Sequence record: NC_019717.1 | Origin: Enterobacteria phage HK225 | Direction: 5' to 3' (one strand) | Length of the DNA: 45,366 nt | Shown here: piece after piece, positions 20,117 to 29,671 of the stretch | How the letters are laid out: each line of letters opens with the position of its first letter | Position numbering within the stretch: the stretch's first letter is position 1 | Notes under the pieces: model-generated | Database searches by the model: none | The model's input: only the letters and a program-made list of their open reading frames with translations | What the model was told of the DNA's origin: nothing | Translations under genes and position numbers: made by a program

Positions 20117-20977
20117 ATGTCTGCAGGAACTATCACCCTGACAAACGGGTCCGCTGTTGTTGGCGGTGCCGGAACCTCATTCGCAACCGAACTCGCCGGA
20201 GGTGATTTCATTGTTTCGACTGTGGGCGGTGTGCCCTACACGCTGCCGGTGAAAACGGTCGACAATAATACCCAGGTGACGCTGGTCAGCAACTTCACCG
20301 GGCCAACACAATCCGGCGCGGCCTGGTCAGCTGTGCCACGCGTGGCGCTGAACATGGTCACTGCCGCGCTGGTGGCGCAAAGTGCCGAAGCACTACGTGG
20401 TTTGAATTACGATAAACAGAACTGGCAGCAGGTTTACAGCGCCGCCGGAAACATCACAGTGAAGTTGCCAGACGGCACCACTTTCACCGGCCCATCATGG
20501 AAATATCTGTCTGACAATATGGCAACCAAGAGCGGTGGTGCAGTACCCGTTAACCAGGGAGGGACCGGGGCGACAACCGGAAACGCCGCGCTGTCCAATC
20601 TGGGTATCACCTATGTCAGGTCAGGAACAAACTACAGCGTGATAAAAATTGGCGATATTTATCAAATGGATTTCCTCATAGGTGGCGGCATCGCAATAGG
20701 GGCGTATAACCCTTCGGTAGTGGGAGGTATTGCGTATTACACGCACTACTATAAATTACCCCTGCCGATGGCATTACCAAACGGCGTTATAACTGCCATT
20801 GCGTCCATTTCGGGTGACAGATTTGGAAATCAATACCCCGGATACAATGCTGACGTTAAAGTATCCAGAGATAAAGATGATGGCAGTGGGCTATTAACAA
20901 CATATTTAACCGTCAGCGTTAAAACTCCTCAGACAGGCTGGACCCCTTATTTTCATATAAGAGTGGTGGGGTATTGA
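20117..20977 (+). CDS. stf: side tail fibre protein (short)
   Basis: 286-aa ORF, Gly/Thr-rich N-terminus MSAGTITLTNGSAVVGGAGTSF typical of enterobacterial tail fibres; immediately followed by a tail fibre assembly gene. Confidence 0.6.
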   Translation: MSAGTITLTNGSAVVGGAGTSFATELAGGDFIVSTVGGVPYTLPVKTVDNNTQVTLVSNFTGPTQSGAAWSAVPRVALNMVTAALVAQSAEALRGLNYDKQNWQQVYSAAGNITVKLPDGTTFTGPSWKYLSDNMATKSGGAVPVNQGGTGATTGNAALSNLGITYVRSGTNYSVIKIGDIYQMDFLIGGGIAIGAYNPSVVGGIAYYTHYYKLPLPMALPNGVITAIASISGDRFGNQYPGYNADVKVSRDKDDGSGLLTTYLTVSVKTPQTGWTPYFHIRVVGY

Positions 20978-20978
20978 T

Positions 20979-21392
20979 ATGAAATATTTTTACAGCATCA
21001 GCACGCAGGGATTTTACCTCGATAACGGTATGCTGGATGCGTATAAAGCGGCTGGCTCACTACCTGCGGACTTGCAAGAGATGAGCGAGGCTGACTATCT
21101 GGCGTTTTTTAATCCTCCCGATGGATTCGCGGGCATATTTGACGAGAAAGGACCGCGTATTGAACAACTGCCAGAACTGGACCCGCTGGCGATAGCAGAA
21201 AATCAACGGCGGCTGTTGCTGTCAGAAATCGCTCCGACTATTTCTGTATGGCAGACAAAAATCCTGGTGGGCATGAAACTGAGTGATTCAGAAACCGCAG
21301 CCCTGCATGCCTGGTTGAGTTACAGTGATGCGCTGAACGCGCTGGATATCACCGTGCCAGATATTCAGTGGCCTGAAAAACCCGCAGCGTGA
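20979..21392 (+). CDS. tfa: tail fibre assembly protein
   Basis: 137-aa ORF 1 nt after stf; MKYFYS...GFYLD N-terminus typical of Tfa chaperones. Confidence 0.7.
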   Translation: MKYFYSISTQGFYLDNGMLDAYKAAGSLPADLQEMSEADYLAFFNPPDGFAGIFDEKGPRIEQLPELDPLAIAENQRRLLLSEIAPTISVWQTKILVGMKLSDSETAALHAWLSYSDALNALDITVPDIQWPEKPAA

Positions 21393-21407
21393 TGTGATTT
21401 TCATTAA

Positions 21408-21433
21408 CCGGGCAGAAAAGGATGACTGCCCGG
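21408..21433. terminator. hairpin between convergent tfa and dinI (possible bidirectional terminator)
   Basis: CCGGGCAG-N10-CTGCCCGG inverted repeat. Confidence 0.35.
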
Positions 21434-21449
21434 TGATGTGAATATGTAA

Positions 21450-21689
21450 TTAATCAGCAACCAGCCACATGTCAGATTCTTCAAACATCTCTTCAAGCAT
21501 ACGATTAAGCCGTTCTTTCTCTGTTTTCGTGCAGTTGCTGTTTAGCGCGTTCGCCTGCATCGGCTTTACCTTCACTTCGGCACCAGGGAAAATCTGGTGC
21601 ACCCGCTTCGTCAGTTCGGCCAGAATGATCTCCCTGGCCCCTTCGAGCCCCTCAACATTTCGCTTGTCATAAACCAGTTCAACAAACAT
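21450..21689 (-). CDS. dinI: DinI-like SOS-induced protein
   Basis: ATG at 21689 is preceded by AAGAGGA; 79-aa product aligns with E. coli DinI (ELTKRVHQIFPG, EESDMWLVAD); the upstream part of the 208-aa track ORF is rejected. Confidence 0.75.
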   Translation of the reverse strand: MFVELVYDKRNVEGLEGAREIILAELTKRVHQIFPGAEVKVKPMQANALNSNCTKTEKERLNRMLEEMFEESDMWLVAD

Positions 21690-21745
21690 ACCGATCCTCT
21701 TATAAGTGAAAACTGCCTGTGCTTGATCTGTTTTCATAAAAATAC

Positions 21746-21765
21746 TACTGTATATACATACAGTC
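21746..21765. promoter_or_regulatory. LexA box (SOS operator)
   Basis: TACTGTATATACATACAGTC matches CTGT-N8-ACAG; lies between dinI (-) and the divergent ORF at 21789 (+). Confidence 0.8.
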
Positions 21766-21788
21766 AATGAGCGAGTGAGGGTGCATTT

Positions 21789-22088
21789 ATGCCTCGTCAA
21801 CCGGATATTCGTGCTGCTTTTATTGCGGCCATACAGCAAAACCCGAAGGGCTATCTCTGTCTGCATACAGACAAGTTCATCGCTGAACTGCAGGAGAGGA
21901 ACTGGCATTTCAGTCAGGCGGATGCAAATACATGGATCGAGCGATACCAGCCGGACTTCGCCGATAAGACGACAAACGAAAGCGAGAACCGGTACTGGAT
22001 CCTGCGTAACATGGGGAGGGTTCTGAGGAGTTATCTTGCGATGCGCTATAGGTTTGCCCCATCCCTCCCAAACCAACCTTTTTTATAA
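21789..22088 (+). CDS. hypothetical protein, divergent from dinI
   Basis: 99-aa ORF with GAGG-type SD; begins 24 nt after the LexA box. Confidence 0.45.
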   Translation: MPRQPDIRAAFIAAIQQNPKGYLCLHTDKFIAELQERNWHFSQADANTWIERYQPDFADKTTNESENRYWILRNMGRVLRSYLAMRYRFAPSLPNQPFL

Positions 22089-22147
22089 CCATCAAAAATC
22101 TGGTGATGCTTCGCCGTTTCTCCTGTTTTCATAACAGGAGAAATCCC

Positions 22148-22696
22148 ATGATTTACGGTTATGCCCGAGTATCAACAAACCACCAGGACACTGAATTGCA
22201 ACTAACGGCGCTCAAGTCAGCGGGTTGTGAGAAAATTTTTGAAGAGCATGCCAGCGGGAGGAAATCGAATCGGCCGGTTCTAAAACGGCTGATCGCCACT
22301 ATGCAGCCGGGGGATGAACTGGTGGTCTGGAAGCTGGACAGGATAGGCCGCAACGTTCTGCATGCGCTGTTGATGTTCCAGCAGTTACAGGAAAAGGGTA
22401 TCAACTTCCGCAGTATTACCGATGGCGTGGATCTCAAAACAGCCAGCGGCCGCTATAACTTTCGTAACATCCTTTCCGCAGCACAATATGAATCTGATCT
22501 TAATAGCGAACGTACCTTAGCAGGGCTGGCCGTAGCCAGGGCAAAAGGGCGAGTTGGTGGTCGCAGGCCTAAGTTCACGGATGAGCAATGGCGGGAAATG
22601 GGGGAGCGGATGGCAATCGGTGAATCACGACAAAGCGTATCAAAAACGTATGGAGTAGGGCTCTCAACTCTGTATAAAAAGTTTCCAGCTAGCTGA
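22148..22696 (+). CDS. serine recombinase, DNA invertase (Hin/Gin/Pin family)
   Basis: ATG at 22148 after AGGAGA; MIYGYARVSTNHQD catalytic-Ser N-terminus, VVWKLDRIGRN, C-terminal HTH ending GLSTLYKKFPAS. Confidence 0.85.
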   Translation: MIYGYARVSTNHQDTELQLTALKSAGCEKIFEEHASGRKSNRPVLKRLIATMQPGDELVVWKLDRIGRNVLHALLMFQQLQEKGINFRSITDGVDLKTASGRYNFRNILSAAQYESDLNSERTLAGLAVARAKGRVGGRRPKFTDEQWREMGERMAIGESRQSVSKTYGVGLSTLYKKFPAS

Positions 22697-22716
22697 TAAC
22701 GGGAAAGAAACAGAGA

Positions 22717-22760
22717 AGGGCACAAATATTGTGTACTTTAATGTGCCCTTTAATTTATTG
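22717..22760 (+). terminator. hairpin with T-rich tail after the invertase
   Basis: AGGGCACA-N17-TGTGCCCT stem followed by TTAATTTATT; loop contains a TGTGTAC motif. Confidence 0.45.
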
Positions 22761-23015
22761 ATTGGTGGTTGAATTGTCCGTAACTTTTTGATTTAAGTTC
22801 AAATTTCTAATAAATTAGAACACTTTCTTAAATTGTCATTTGGCATATTACGAACAATTCCGCGTAAAAACGTTCTGTTACGCTAAACCCTTATCCAGCA
22901 GGCTTTCAAGGATGTAAACCATAACACTCTGCGAACTAGTGTTACATTGCGTGTAGCTTTGAGTGGGCAACTTTGTGTACACTTTTGTGTACCCAAAAAC
23001 AAAAATGTGTACCCA
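22720..23015. other. candidate attP region with TGTGTAC repeats
   Basis: AT-rich non-coding region upstream of int; TGTGTAC at about 22731, 22975, 22987 and 23007; contiguous phage DNA on both sides. Confidence 0.35.
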
Positions 23016-23019
23016 TTCA

Positions 23020-24213
23020 ATGATCACCGACACAAAGCTCAGGAAGGCGCTCGGCAAGAAAAGAGATGATATCGAGATTATTTCTGATTCGCACGGGCTC
23101 AACGCCAGAATCAGCCAGGCCGGAAAAATATCATTTTTCTATCGGTATCGCTGGGCCGGTAAAGCGGTAAAACTCAATGTTGGTGATTATCCTGCAATGA
23201 GTATCACCCAGGCAAGAGAACGTCGCCAACAATTCAGAAACTGGTTAACTGAGGGACTGGATCCGCGAGAGCAGGTGAAGCTGGATAAGCAGACCCGACA
23301 GGAAGCGATGTCCGTTGCCGAAGCGTTCAATTACTGGATTGAAAGGCACTGTATCGCTAACGGGCTAGTTAAAGTCGATTACTATCGCCAGGTGTTTGAG
23401 AAACATATCGCCGAACCGATGAAGAATGTCAAAGTCGATAACACAGCGAAAATGCACTGGATCAACGTCTTCGATTCTATAGAAAGCAGGGTGATGGCTC
23501 ATTACATGCTTTCGCTGTGCAAACGGGCGTTTAGGTTCTGCGTTAACAGAAGTGTGATCGCCTCAAACCCACTCGAGGGATTACTGCCATCTGATGTCGG
23601 GCAAAAGCCTAAAAAGAGAACTCGCAGGATGGACGATGACGATCTGCGCAAAATCTATCAGTGGTTGAAAAGCCATATGTCGATAGAGTCCGTTTTCCTG
23701 GTGAAATTTATTATGCTTACCGGATGCCGTACGGCTGAGATTCGACTTAGTGAGAGATCATGGTTTCGATTGGATGATAATGAGTGGGTCGTGCCTGCGG
23801 GCAGTTATAAAACTCGGGTACATATTAGAAGGGGACTCTCAGACGCCGCCGTTAACCTGGTCAGAAATCACCTCAAGAAAATAAACACCAATCACCTGGT
23901 GACTTCACAACGTAAAATTGATGGCGGGATCAAAGATTCGCCCGTTCATTCACCTGTGGCATCCAATTACGCCCGTTCTATTTGGAATGGAACAGGTATG
24001 GCAGAGTGGTCGCTTCATGATATGAGGCGGACGATAGCCACAAATCTCTCTGAGTTAGGTTGCCCGCCGCACGTAATTGAAAAGCTGCTCGGGCATCAGA
24101 TGGTGGGGGTTATGGCGCATTACAACCTTCATGACTATATCGATGATCAGAAACACTGGCTCCGCGTTTGGCAGAGCCATCTTGAAGAGATCATCGGAGA
24201 GCCCTTCAGTTAA
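23020..24213 (+). CDS. int: tyrosine integrase (P4-like family)
   Basis: track ORF starts at GTG 22963; [11 protein letters not shown]-terminus is typical of P4-type integrases; catalytic-region motifs HDMRRT and LLGH...HY; start could also be ATG 23005. Confidence 0.85.
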
Positions 24214-24452
24214 TTTATCTTCTTTTTATCCTCCCACTCTTTGATTGACTCAGAGCGCCAGCGGTTAGGGTTGCCGGGCCAGTCAGGGGGTGGGAACGGG
24301 CATACGAAGCCCCGAGGCATTGTGTCTGCACTTTGCCATGACCAAAGGGTTTTGCGTGAAATTTTGTAGCGACTGGTCAGGTCTGACGTTACCAAAATAT
24401 CATCCATAGCTCTCTCCAGTTGCCCGTTCGGGCCATTCAAAATCTTTTTCAA
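24210..24452 (-). CDS. xis: excisionase-like / AlpA-type small DNA-binding protein
   Basis: 80-aa ORF convergent with int and overlapping its stop; FPPP...W motif recalled from excisionases paired with P4-family integrases. Confidence 0.5.
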
Positions 24453-24691
24453 CCAACCTGCCCGGGCAGGGAGCGGAGACGGCGCATGCCGGTCATCGCT
24501 GTGGCCACGTAGCTCGCCTTTCGGTTCACCACCTCCACCCAGACTTTCACGCCTTCAACCTTCACCGTATAAGTCTCTTTCATCTTGCTTCGCCCATAGT
24601 CGCCATATGTTTGCAAGTGAGCTGCCAGCGCGATGTCGCATGCTTGGCGAGCTAAAGGTGATTGCTTACTTCCTCGATTGATCAGTCGCAT
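24449..24691 (-). CDS. hypothetical protein
   Basis: 80-aa ORF with AGGAGA SD 4 nt upstream; coupled to xis. Confidence 0.45.
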   Translation of the reverse strand: MRLINRGSKQSPLARQACDIALAAHLQTYGDYGRSKMKETYTVKVEGVKVWVEVVNRKASYVATAMTGMRRLRSLPGQVG

Positions 24692-24729
24692 ATAATCTCC
24701 TTGAGGGAGGGTTACCCCTCCCGGTCTCG

Positions 24730-25842
24730 TCAGGCCACGTATTCCGGTTTCATATCCGCCAGGGTGATGCTGAATTGATCGTGCAGTTCATCGCCTAAGT
24801 GACGCTTTGAAGATGCAAGCATGCGCTCGGCTTCAGCGAACCGTTCGGATGCATGCGGCTCGTCGGGCTGGGGCAGGGATTTAATAGCCTCCTCAACCTT
24901 GTTGCGTGCATCCACTAGGTAATAACGCTTTACGGCTTTGTTTTTCAGCTCGGTGAATAGTGCGGATCCCAGCGTAGCTTTCGCCGTTTCAATGTCGGCA
25001 CGCAGCGATTTGGCGCTATCCACGTCCTGAGCAGATTCGATGCGTTCGCGGAAATCATCGGCAAGAGAGTCGACATTTACCGACGATTCCTGTGCGCTTT
25101 GCGTGGTTGTGACGGTGTCACCTGAGATATCAGCCAGGCTAACGCGTTGCGGCGTTGGGTTGATCTCTTTTTCTGTGCGCTGTTCAATCTCATCAGGGGT
25201 GTACACACCAAGAACAACTGCAGGGCAATACAGGCGCGCCCAGTATTTGAGTGCCAGATAAGCGATCTGCTGTTTCGGGTTTGATACCCAAAGTGGAGAA
25301 TTACGTGTGATTACGCTGGAGAGGAAAACAGGCTCTCCCCAGGTGATATCACTTTCACCGCGAATAACGGCACCTACCCGTACCGACAGTCCTTGTTCAT
25401 CAGCACTTTCCCAACCGCGTACCATTTCTTTCTTGTCGTACGTCCCGCCACCTTTCGCAGGCTTTTTAACGGTTATCTCGCGGCTGCTGGCACATTTCGA
25501 CCAGTCGCCCTCGTACTCATAGTGAAAGCGGCCAACGATGGCGTTTGAGCTGGAGATCACCGCATTAACCAGTTGCGCTTCGTATCCCAGGACACCGTTA
25601 ACCAGGTGCGTCTTTTGCGCCACGGCGTAAGGGTTCATACCCCACTGCATCGCCTGCATGATGATGGCCATGCAGTCTGCCGGATTGCCGCGGAGGTGCT
25701 CAGGCACCGTTACGGCTGCCTGTGCCATCAACCCGGCGACAGACTGAAGCTGGGTTAAAGCCTGCACGTTGAAAATGGCATTGCTGGCTGAGATCGTGTT
25801 TGGAGTCTGCTGTTCAGCGGTTACGATATTCGTGTTTTCCAT
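24730..25842 (-). CDS. recT: RecT-family single-strand annealing protein
   Basis: track ORF has three consecutive Met; the third (25842) has the best SD spacing; core GNPADCMAIIMQAMQWGMNPY resembles RecT. Confidence 0.8.
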   Translation of the reverse strand: MENTNIVTAEQQTPNTISASNAIFNVQALTQLQSVAGLMAQAAVTVPEHLRGNPADCMAIIMQAMQWGMNPYAVAQKTHLVNGVLGYEAQLVNAVISSSNAIVGRFHYEYEGDWSKCASSREITVKKPAKGGGTYDKKEMVRGWESADEQGLSVRVGAVIRGESDITWGEPVFLSSVITRNSPLWVSNPKQQIAYLALKYWARLYCPAVVLGVYTPDEIEQRTEKEINPTPQRVSLADISGDTVTTTQSAQESSVNVDSLADDFRERIESAQDVDSAKSLRADIETAKATLGSALFTELKNKAVKRYYLVDARNKVEEAIKSLPQPDEPHASERFAEAERMLASSKRHLGDELHDQFSITLADMKPEYVA

Positions 25843-25853
25843 CATCATTCCCC

Positions 25854-28800
25854 TTATGCCTGAGTACGCAGCGCTTCAAGGCGGCGCAGGTCGAAGTCGT
25901 TCAGTTCGTCGGTGTAGTCAGCAGTGATTGGCGCTGGCCATTCACCTGTGTCGAATCCGGTTGCGATATTGCGCATCGCTTTGCGGTACTCGAGCATACC
26001 CAGCTCCAGTAGTTCAGCGGATGCCTCGATGATGGCGATCCAGTGGTAGTTCTCGTCTTTGTTGACGAAAATCCAGAAGAACTGATCCAGCGCTGCGGTT
26101 TCGCAGTACATAGCCGCGCTCAGGTGATAATCACGTTCAATAATTTCCCGGTGTAGCCTGGCGCGCAGGCTTTCCTGCTTAACATTCCACATGCTGATGG
26201 TTTTCAGGTCAGCACCGATACGCACGCCGTCTAGGTCGATCTCAAGGTCAGGGCGCACACGAACTTCCAGTCCCGTCTCCTCGTCAAAGCCAAAGTAGCT
26301 CACCTCAACGGCGCGGCTCGGGTGGGTTAGCAGCATGCCTGCGGTCGGGTGCGAGAGCAGTGCTGACTGAATTGCCTGCGCGGTGGCAAGTTGCTGGTGG
26401 GTAACCAGCACTTTCCCTTCCGGGTTGTTGCGCCACGCATCGAGCAGCTCGTCGGCGAACACTGCATCTGGTTTGACTGCCTTCACGGCCTGAATCAGAT
26501 CGGCCTTCGTGCCAGAGACTTTCAGCGGTTGCAGCTTCTGAGCTTCCTGCGCGACCAGGTCAGGATTGATAATCGCAAGTTGTTCGAGTAGTGCGTCGCG
26601 GCTGCCGCTGGTTTTAATCTGCGCTGGCAGGGTGGCGTTGTACTCTTTGATGCACGCCTTCATTGCTGTTGCTGTCTTCTTCTGATCTGCATCGATACGT
26701 TGGAATTCAGCTGGCAGCGCCATATAGTTCTGCGCCGTTTCATCCAGGCTAGCGCCCAGCGGCACCAGCGCTGGCAGGGTGGCGTTGTATTCATCCAGCA
26801 AAGCTTTGATATCGTCTGCGCTCAGTTGCGCTGGCAGGCTGGCGTTGTACTCATCAATAAACGCGCGGATCGTTGCCGTGGTGGTAAATGCACCTTCCGG
26901 AATTACGGGTTCAACGCTAAATTCTTCATCGAGCTGTTCTGGCTGCAACGCCAGCGCATGTACCAGGTTTCCCATGTCCAGCACTGAGGAGCGCTCTTTG
27001 ACGATGGTTTTCTCAACGTGGCGCGCATTGAAGTACATCAGCGAAACGCGCGCATCTTTTACCTGGGTGGAACTGATGCCGTTGGCAGCGTGGTAAACCT
27101 CGTTCGGCAGACCTTCATAGCGCCCAGGCTCGAAGTAATCGGGGTAAAAAACAGCTGGTTCGTCAGATTGCGCTTCTGGCTCGGTTTGTGCTGCAACTGG
27201 TTCGGTTTGGCTTACAGAATCGCTATTTTTGGCGACAGAATCCGTATTCTGGTTTACATCGTCCTTCTGGCTGGTATCTGACTCTTCACCAGACTCCAGA
27301 CTGCTTTCGCCTGGCTGTACTTCATCACCAACATTTTTTTCATCACTGACAGTTTCTTGAACCTGCACATTGCTGGTGGTTTCCGTAGCCTGTTTCGTGC
27401 CATGAGTTGCTGAGTTCTGCAGTAAAGCCGTAACGTCGAATATTCCGTTGCCGACATTTTTAACCAGTTCTTGTTCGACTTTCTGCGGTTGTGCTGCCGC
27501 TTCCTCTGCGCGGCGGCGTGCTCCTTCTTCACGCACGCGTTGCAGGTTCTCTTCGTGAGTGCAGAAGGATTTGCGCGGAGACTCCTTACCTTCAGGTTGG
27601 GGAATTTCCTGTGCTGCGGGTTCAGCCTCATGCAACGGCAATAACTCGACCGCGGAATTGAACGCGGCTGTCATGGTCTGGTTAACAAATTCCAGGTGAG
27701 CGACAGGAGTTAAATGAATATTTTCCGGTGCGATACGTACCAGGTTAAAAATAGCCGTGCGGTTAACACCCAGAACGCCTGGCTGATTGCGCAGGATGTT
27801 GCTCCATGATTTCCATGGTTCTTCTTTTTTGGTCACGATTTCTTTAGCGCGACGAAGAATGCTGCCCGGGATCTCGAAGTGGTTGAAGTCCATAGGCAGA
27901 AGGGCACACGCAATCTCTAAATCGAGAGTGTCCAGTGTGTGGTGTGCGTCAGGTCCACGGTCAGTGACGTAACCGCCGTCGGCATTAGTGCCGGAATCAG
28001 TACGCTGCACACTACTGATGCGATTACCGGCGGCCCATTCGCGAACGAGGATACCGCGGTCGATGTGATCTGTAGCGAACCACAATTTCAAAAACTGGAT
28101 TAAGGTTGCGAGTTCAGGGATTTTTCCATCGACAGGGAAGACTTTCTTAACGGCATTCACGACTTTATGAATATCGTGCTCAATGGCTTTTTTGAATGCT
28201 TCCACATTCTCAGCTGCCAGCAGCAGGTTCTGGACGTACGCGTCATCGGTGTCCATCTCAAGGCGGACAATCTCATTTTTCTGCCCTGCGTCGATGTGAT
28301 AGAGATATTCACCATCACCGATGAACTGAGCCAGTACGCGCTGGCGGAATGGCAGGGTGGCAACAACGATCAGGTTCGGTTGCTGTGTCTGCTGGGATTG
28401 CTCTTCGGTATCGACTTCACCATCAACGACGCCACCTTCTGCCCGGCCGTTCTCGTCGGTCTGGATACCGTCCTCAACAGTGAGATCTTGACCCGTTGTA
28501 ACGTCAGCAGCGTTGCTGGTTTCAGTTTTGAGCAACTGCAACTTACCACTGCGCCAGTCTTCTACCAGTTGATTGCGGTCACCGGCATCGGTGTTCACCC
28601 AGTCAGACATGAATGCAGCGATCAATCTTGGTTCGTGCTCTTCGTCTGGTGTGAAAATGTCCTTAACCGCCCGAATCATTTTCCACTCAGCATTCAGGCT
28701 GAGTTTGGCGGTCGCGGGCACATCGTTCCTTGCCACAAGCAGGCTATGGAGATATGTATTGCCTTCATCCAGTGACATTTCGCTGGCAGCCAACTGCTGC

Positions 28801-29243
28801 TCTTTAGTGACGTGGGTTTGGTATTTATCGTTCATCAGATGGACGGCAAAGCGGACCGCTGGAGTACGGTTTTCAACCGGGACAATTTCGGACGCAGTCG
28901 CATCTTCAACGATTACGGTCGGAGTAGGTGTGTAGGGGGCGTCAACGGAACCAGTAGACACACCAGCGGCTTTTGGCAGCCAGGTGCGCCCATCGTCCTG
29001 AAGCTCGTAGCGATCACACCAGGTAAAATCAACTTCACCTTCTTTCGGCAGGCCGTCGACAACTGGGAAATCAGTGCGAATCGGTTTGGCGTAGTCCTTA
29101 CCCCGACCTGTTTCGATACCTGCATCTTCCAGCGCAACATCCAGCATCAGATTGGCGCGAGCCTCGGTTTTAGCAGTGAACCAGACCACTGCATCTTGCT
29201 TTCCGGATTTCTGAGTGGCTTTAACCACATTAAAGAATTCCAT
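25854..29243 (-). CDS. recE: RecE-like exonuclease VIII with long N-terminal extension
   Basis: 1129-aa ORF with GAGGA SD, directly upstream of recT; acidic low-complexity middle; C-terminal region consistent with a RecE-type nuclease domain; internal triplicated EYNATLPA module. Confidence 0.7.
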   Translation of the reverse strand: MEFFNVVKATQKSGKQDAVVWFTAKTEARANLMLDVALEDAGIETGRGKDYAKPIRTDFPVVDGLPKEGEVDFTWCDRYELQDDGRTWLPKAAGVSTGSVDAPYTPTPTVIVEDATASEIVPVENRTPAVRFAVHLMNDKYQTHVTKEQQLAASEMSLDEGNTYLHSLLVARNDVPATAKLSLNAEWKMIRAVKDIFTPDEEHEPRLIAAFMSDWVNTDAGDRNQLVEDWRSGKLQLLKTETSNAADVTTGQDLTVEDGIQTDENGRAEGGVVDGEVDTEEQSQQTQQPNLIVVATLPFRQRVLAQFIGDGEYLYHIDAGQKNEIVRLEMDTDDAYVQNLLLAAENVEAFKKAIEHDIHKVVNAVKKVFPVDGKIPELATLIQFLKLWFATDHIDRGILVREWAAGNRISSVQRTDSGTNADGGYVTDRGPDAHHTLDTLDLEIACALLPMDFNHFEIPGSILRRAKEIVTKKEEPWKSWSNILRNQPGVLGVNRTAIFNLVRIAPENIHLTPVAHLEFVNQTMTAAFNSAVELLPLHEAEPAAQEIPQPEGKESPRKSFCTHEENLQRVREEGARRRAEEAAAQPQKVEQELVKNVGNGIFDVTALLQNSATHGTKQATETTSNVQVQETVSDEKNVGDEVQPGESSLESGEESDTSQKDDVNQNTDSVAKNSDSVSQTEPVAAQTEPEAQSDEPAVFYPDYFEPGRYEGLPNEVYHAANGISSTQVKDARVSLMYFNARHVEKTIVKERSSVLDMGNLVHALALQPEQLDEEFSVEPVIPEGAFTTTATIRAFIDEYNASLPAQLSADDIKALLDEYNATLPALVPLGASLDETAQNYMALPAEFQRIDADQKKTATAMKACIKEYNATLPAQIKTSGSRDALLEQLAIINPDLVAQEAQKLQPLKVSGTKADLIQAVKAVKPDAVFADELLDAWRNNPEGKVLVTHQQLATAQAIQSALLSHPTAGMLLTHPSRAVEVSYFGFDEETGLEVRVRPDLEIDLDGVRIGADLKTISMWNVKQESLRARLHREIIERDYHLSAAMYCETAALDQFFWIFVNKDENYHWIAIIEASAELLELGMLEYRKAMRNIATGFDTGEWPAPITADYTDELNDFDLRRLEALRTQA
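26621..26852 (-). repeat. three copies of a 25-bp repeat inside recE
   Basis: + strand GCGCTGGCAGG(G/C)TGGCGTTGTA(C/T)TC at 26621, 26768 and 26828. Confidence 0.85.
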
Positions 29244-29358
29244 GTGAGATCCTCATTTTTGGGTGTTAGAATCCCCGGACCATTGATAGCGCCCATTGGG
29301 TTAACTTTGGTTTTAATGTTGTTTCCGGTGTAACTTTGGTCGGTGAGGCCGGACATGG

Positions 29359-29385
29359 CGGGCCCACTTCGGTGGGCTTTCGCTT
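29359..29385 (+). terminator. hairpin at the 3' end of ORF 29384..29671 (terminator-like on + strand)
   Basis: GCCCAC-ttcg-GTGGGC followed by TTTCGCTT. Confidence 0.3.
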
Positions 29386-29671
29386 AACTGACGGCTACGA
29401 TCGCCTCATTCATAAAATCTTGCTTGTATGTACGGTAGGTTCCCCAGCCGGCGTAATCGCTATCGCTGATTTTGAGTACCAGCAAGCTGATCTCCTCAAT
29501 GGCGCAGTGCGGGCAATCAAACTTGCCAAGCACATAGCCACCGTCGAGAATGACTGTTGTTTCACCGTTTGTAGTTGAGTGAATAACGCCTGATACTTTC
29601 TTCTCGCAGTTGAATGCAGCCACTTCTTTATTCACTGCTTTCAGGTTCATTTCGATTTTTACGATTTCCAT
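29384..29671 (-). CDS. hypothetical protein
   Basis: 95-aa ORF with GGAG SD 7 nt upstream; CPHC motif. Confidence 0.45.
   Translation of the reverse strand: MEIVKIEMNLKAVNKEVAAFNCEKKVSGVIHSTTNGETTVILDGGYVLGKFDCPHCAIEEISLLVLKISDSDYAGWGTYRTYKQDFMNEAIVAVS

Noticed and set aside
21690-22076. N-terminal 129 codons of the 208-aa minus-strand track ORF containing dinI
   Set aside because: No SD at the upstream starts; the extension runs through the LexA box and across the divergent plus-strand ORF; DinI homology begins at the SD-preceded ATG at 21689.
22963-23019. Upstream extension of the integrase ORF from GTG 22963
   Set aside because: The extension translates the TGTGTAC repeat region; the conserved P4-type integrase N-terminus begins at Met 23020, though ATG 23005 cannot be excluded.
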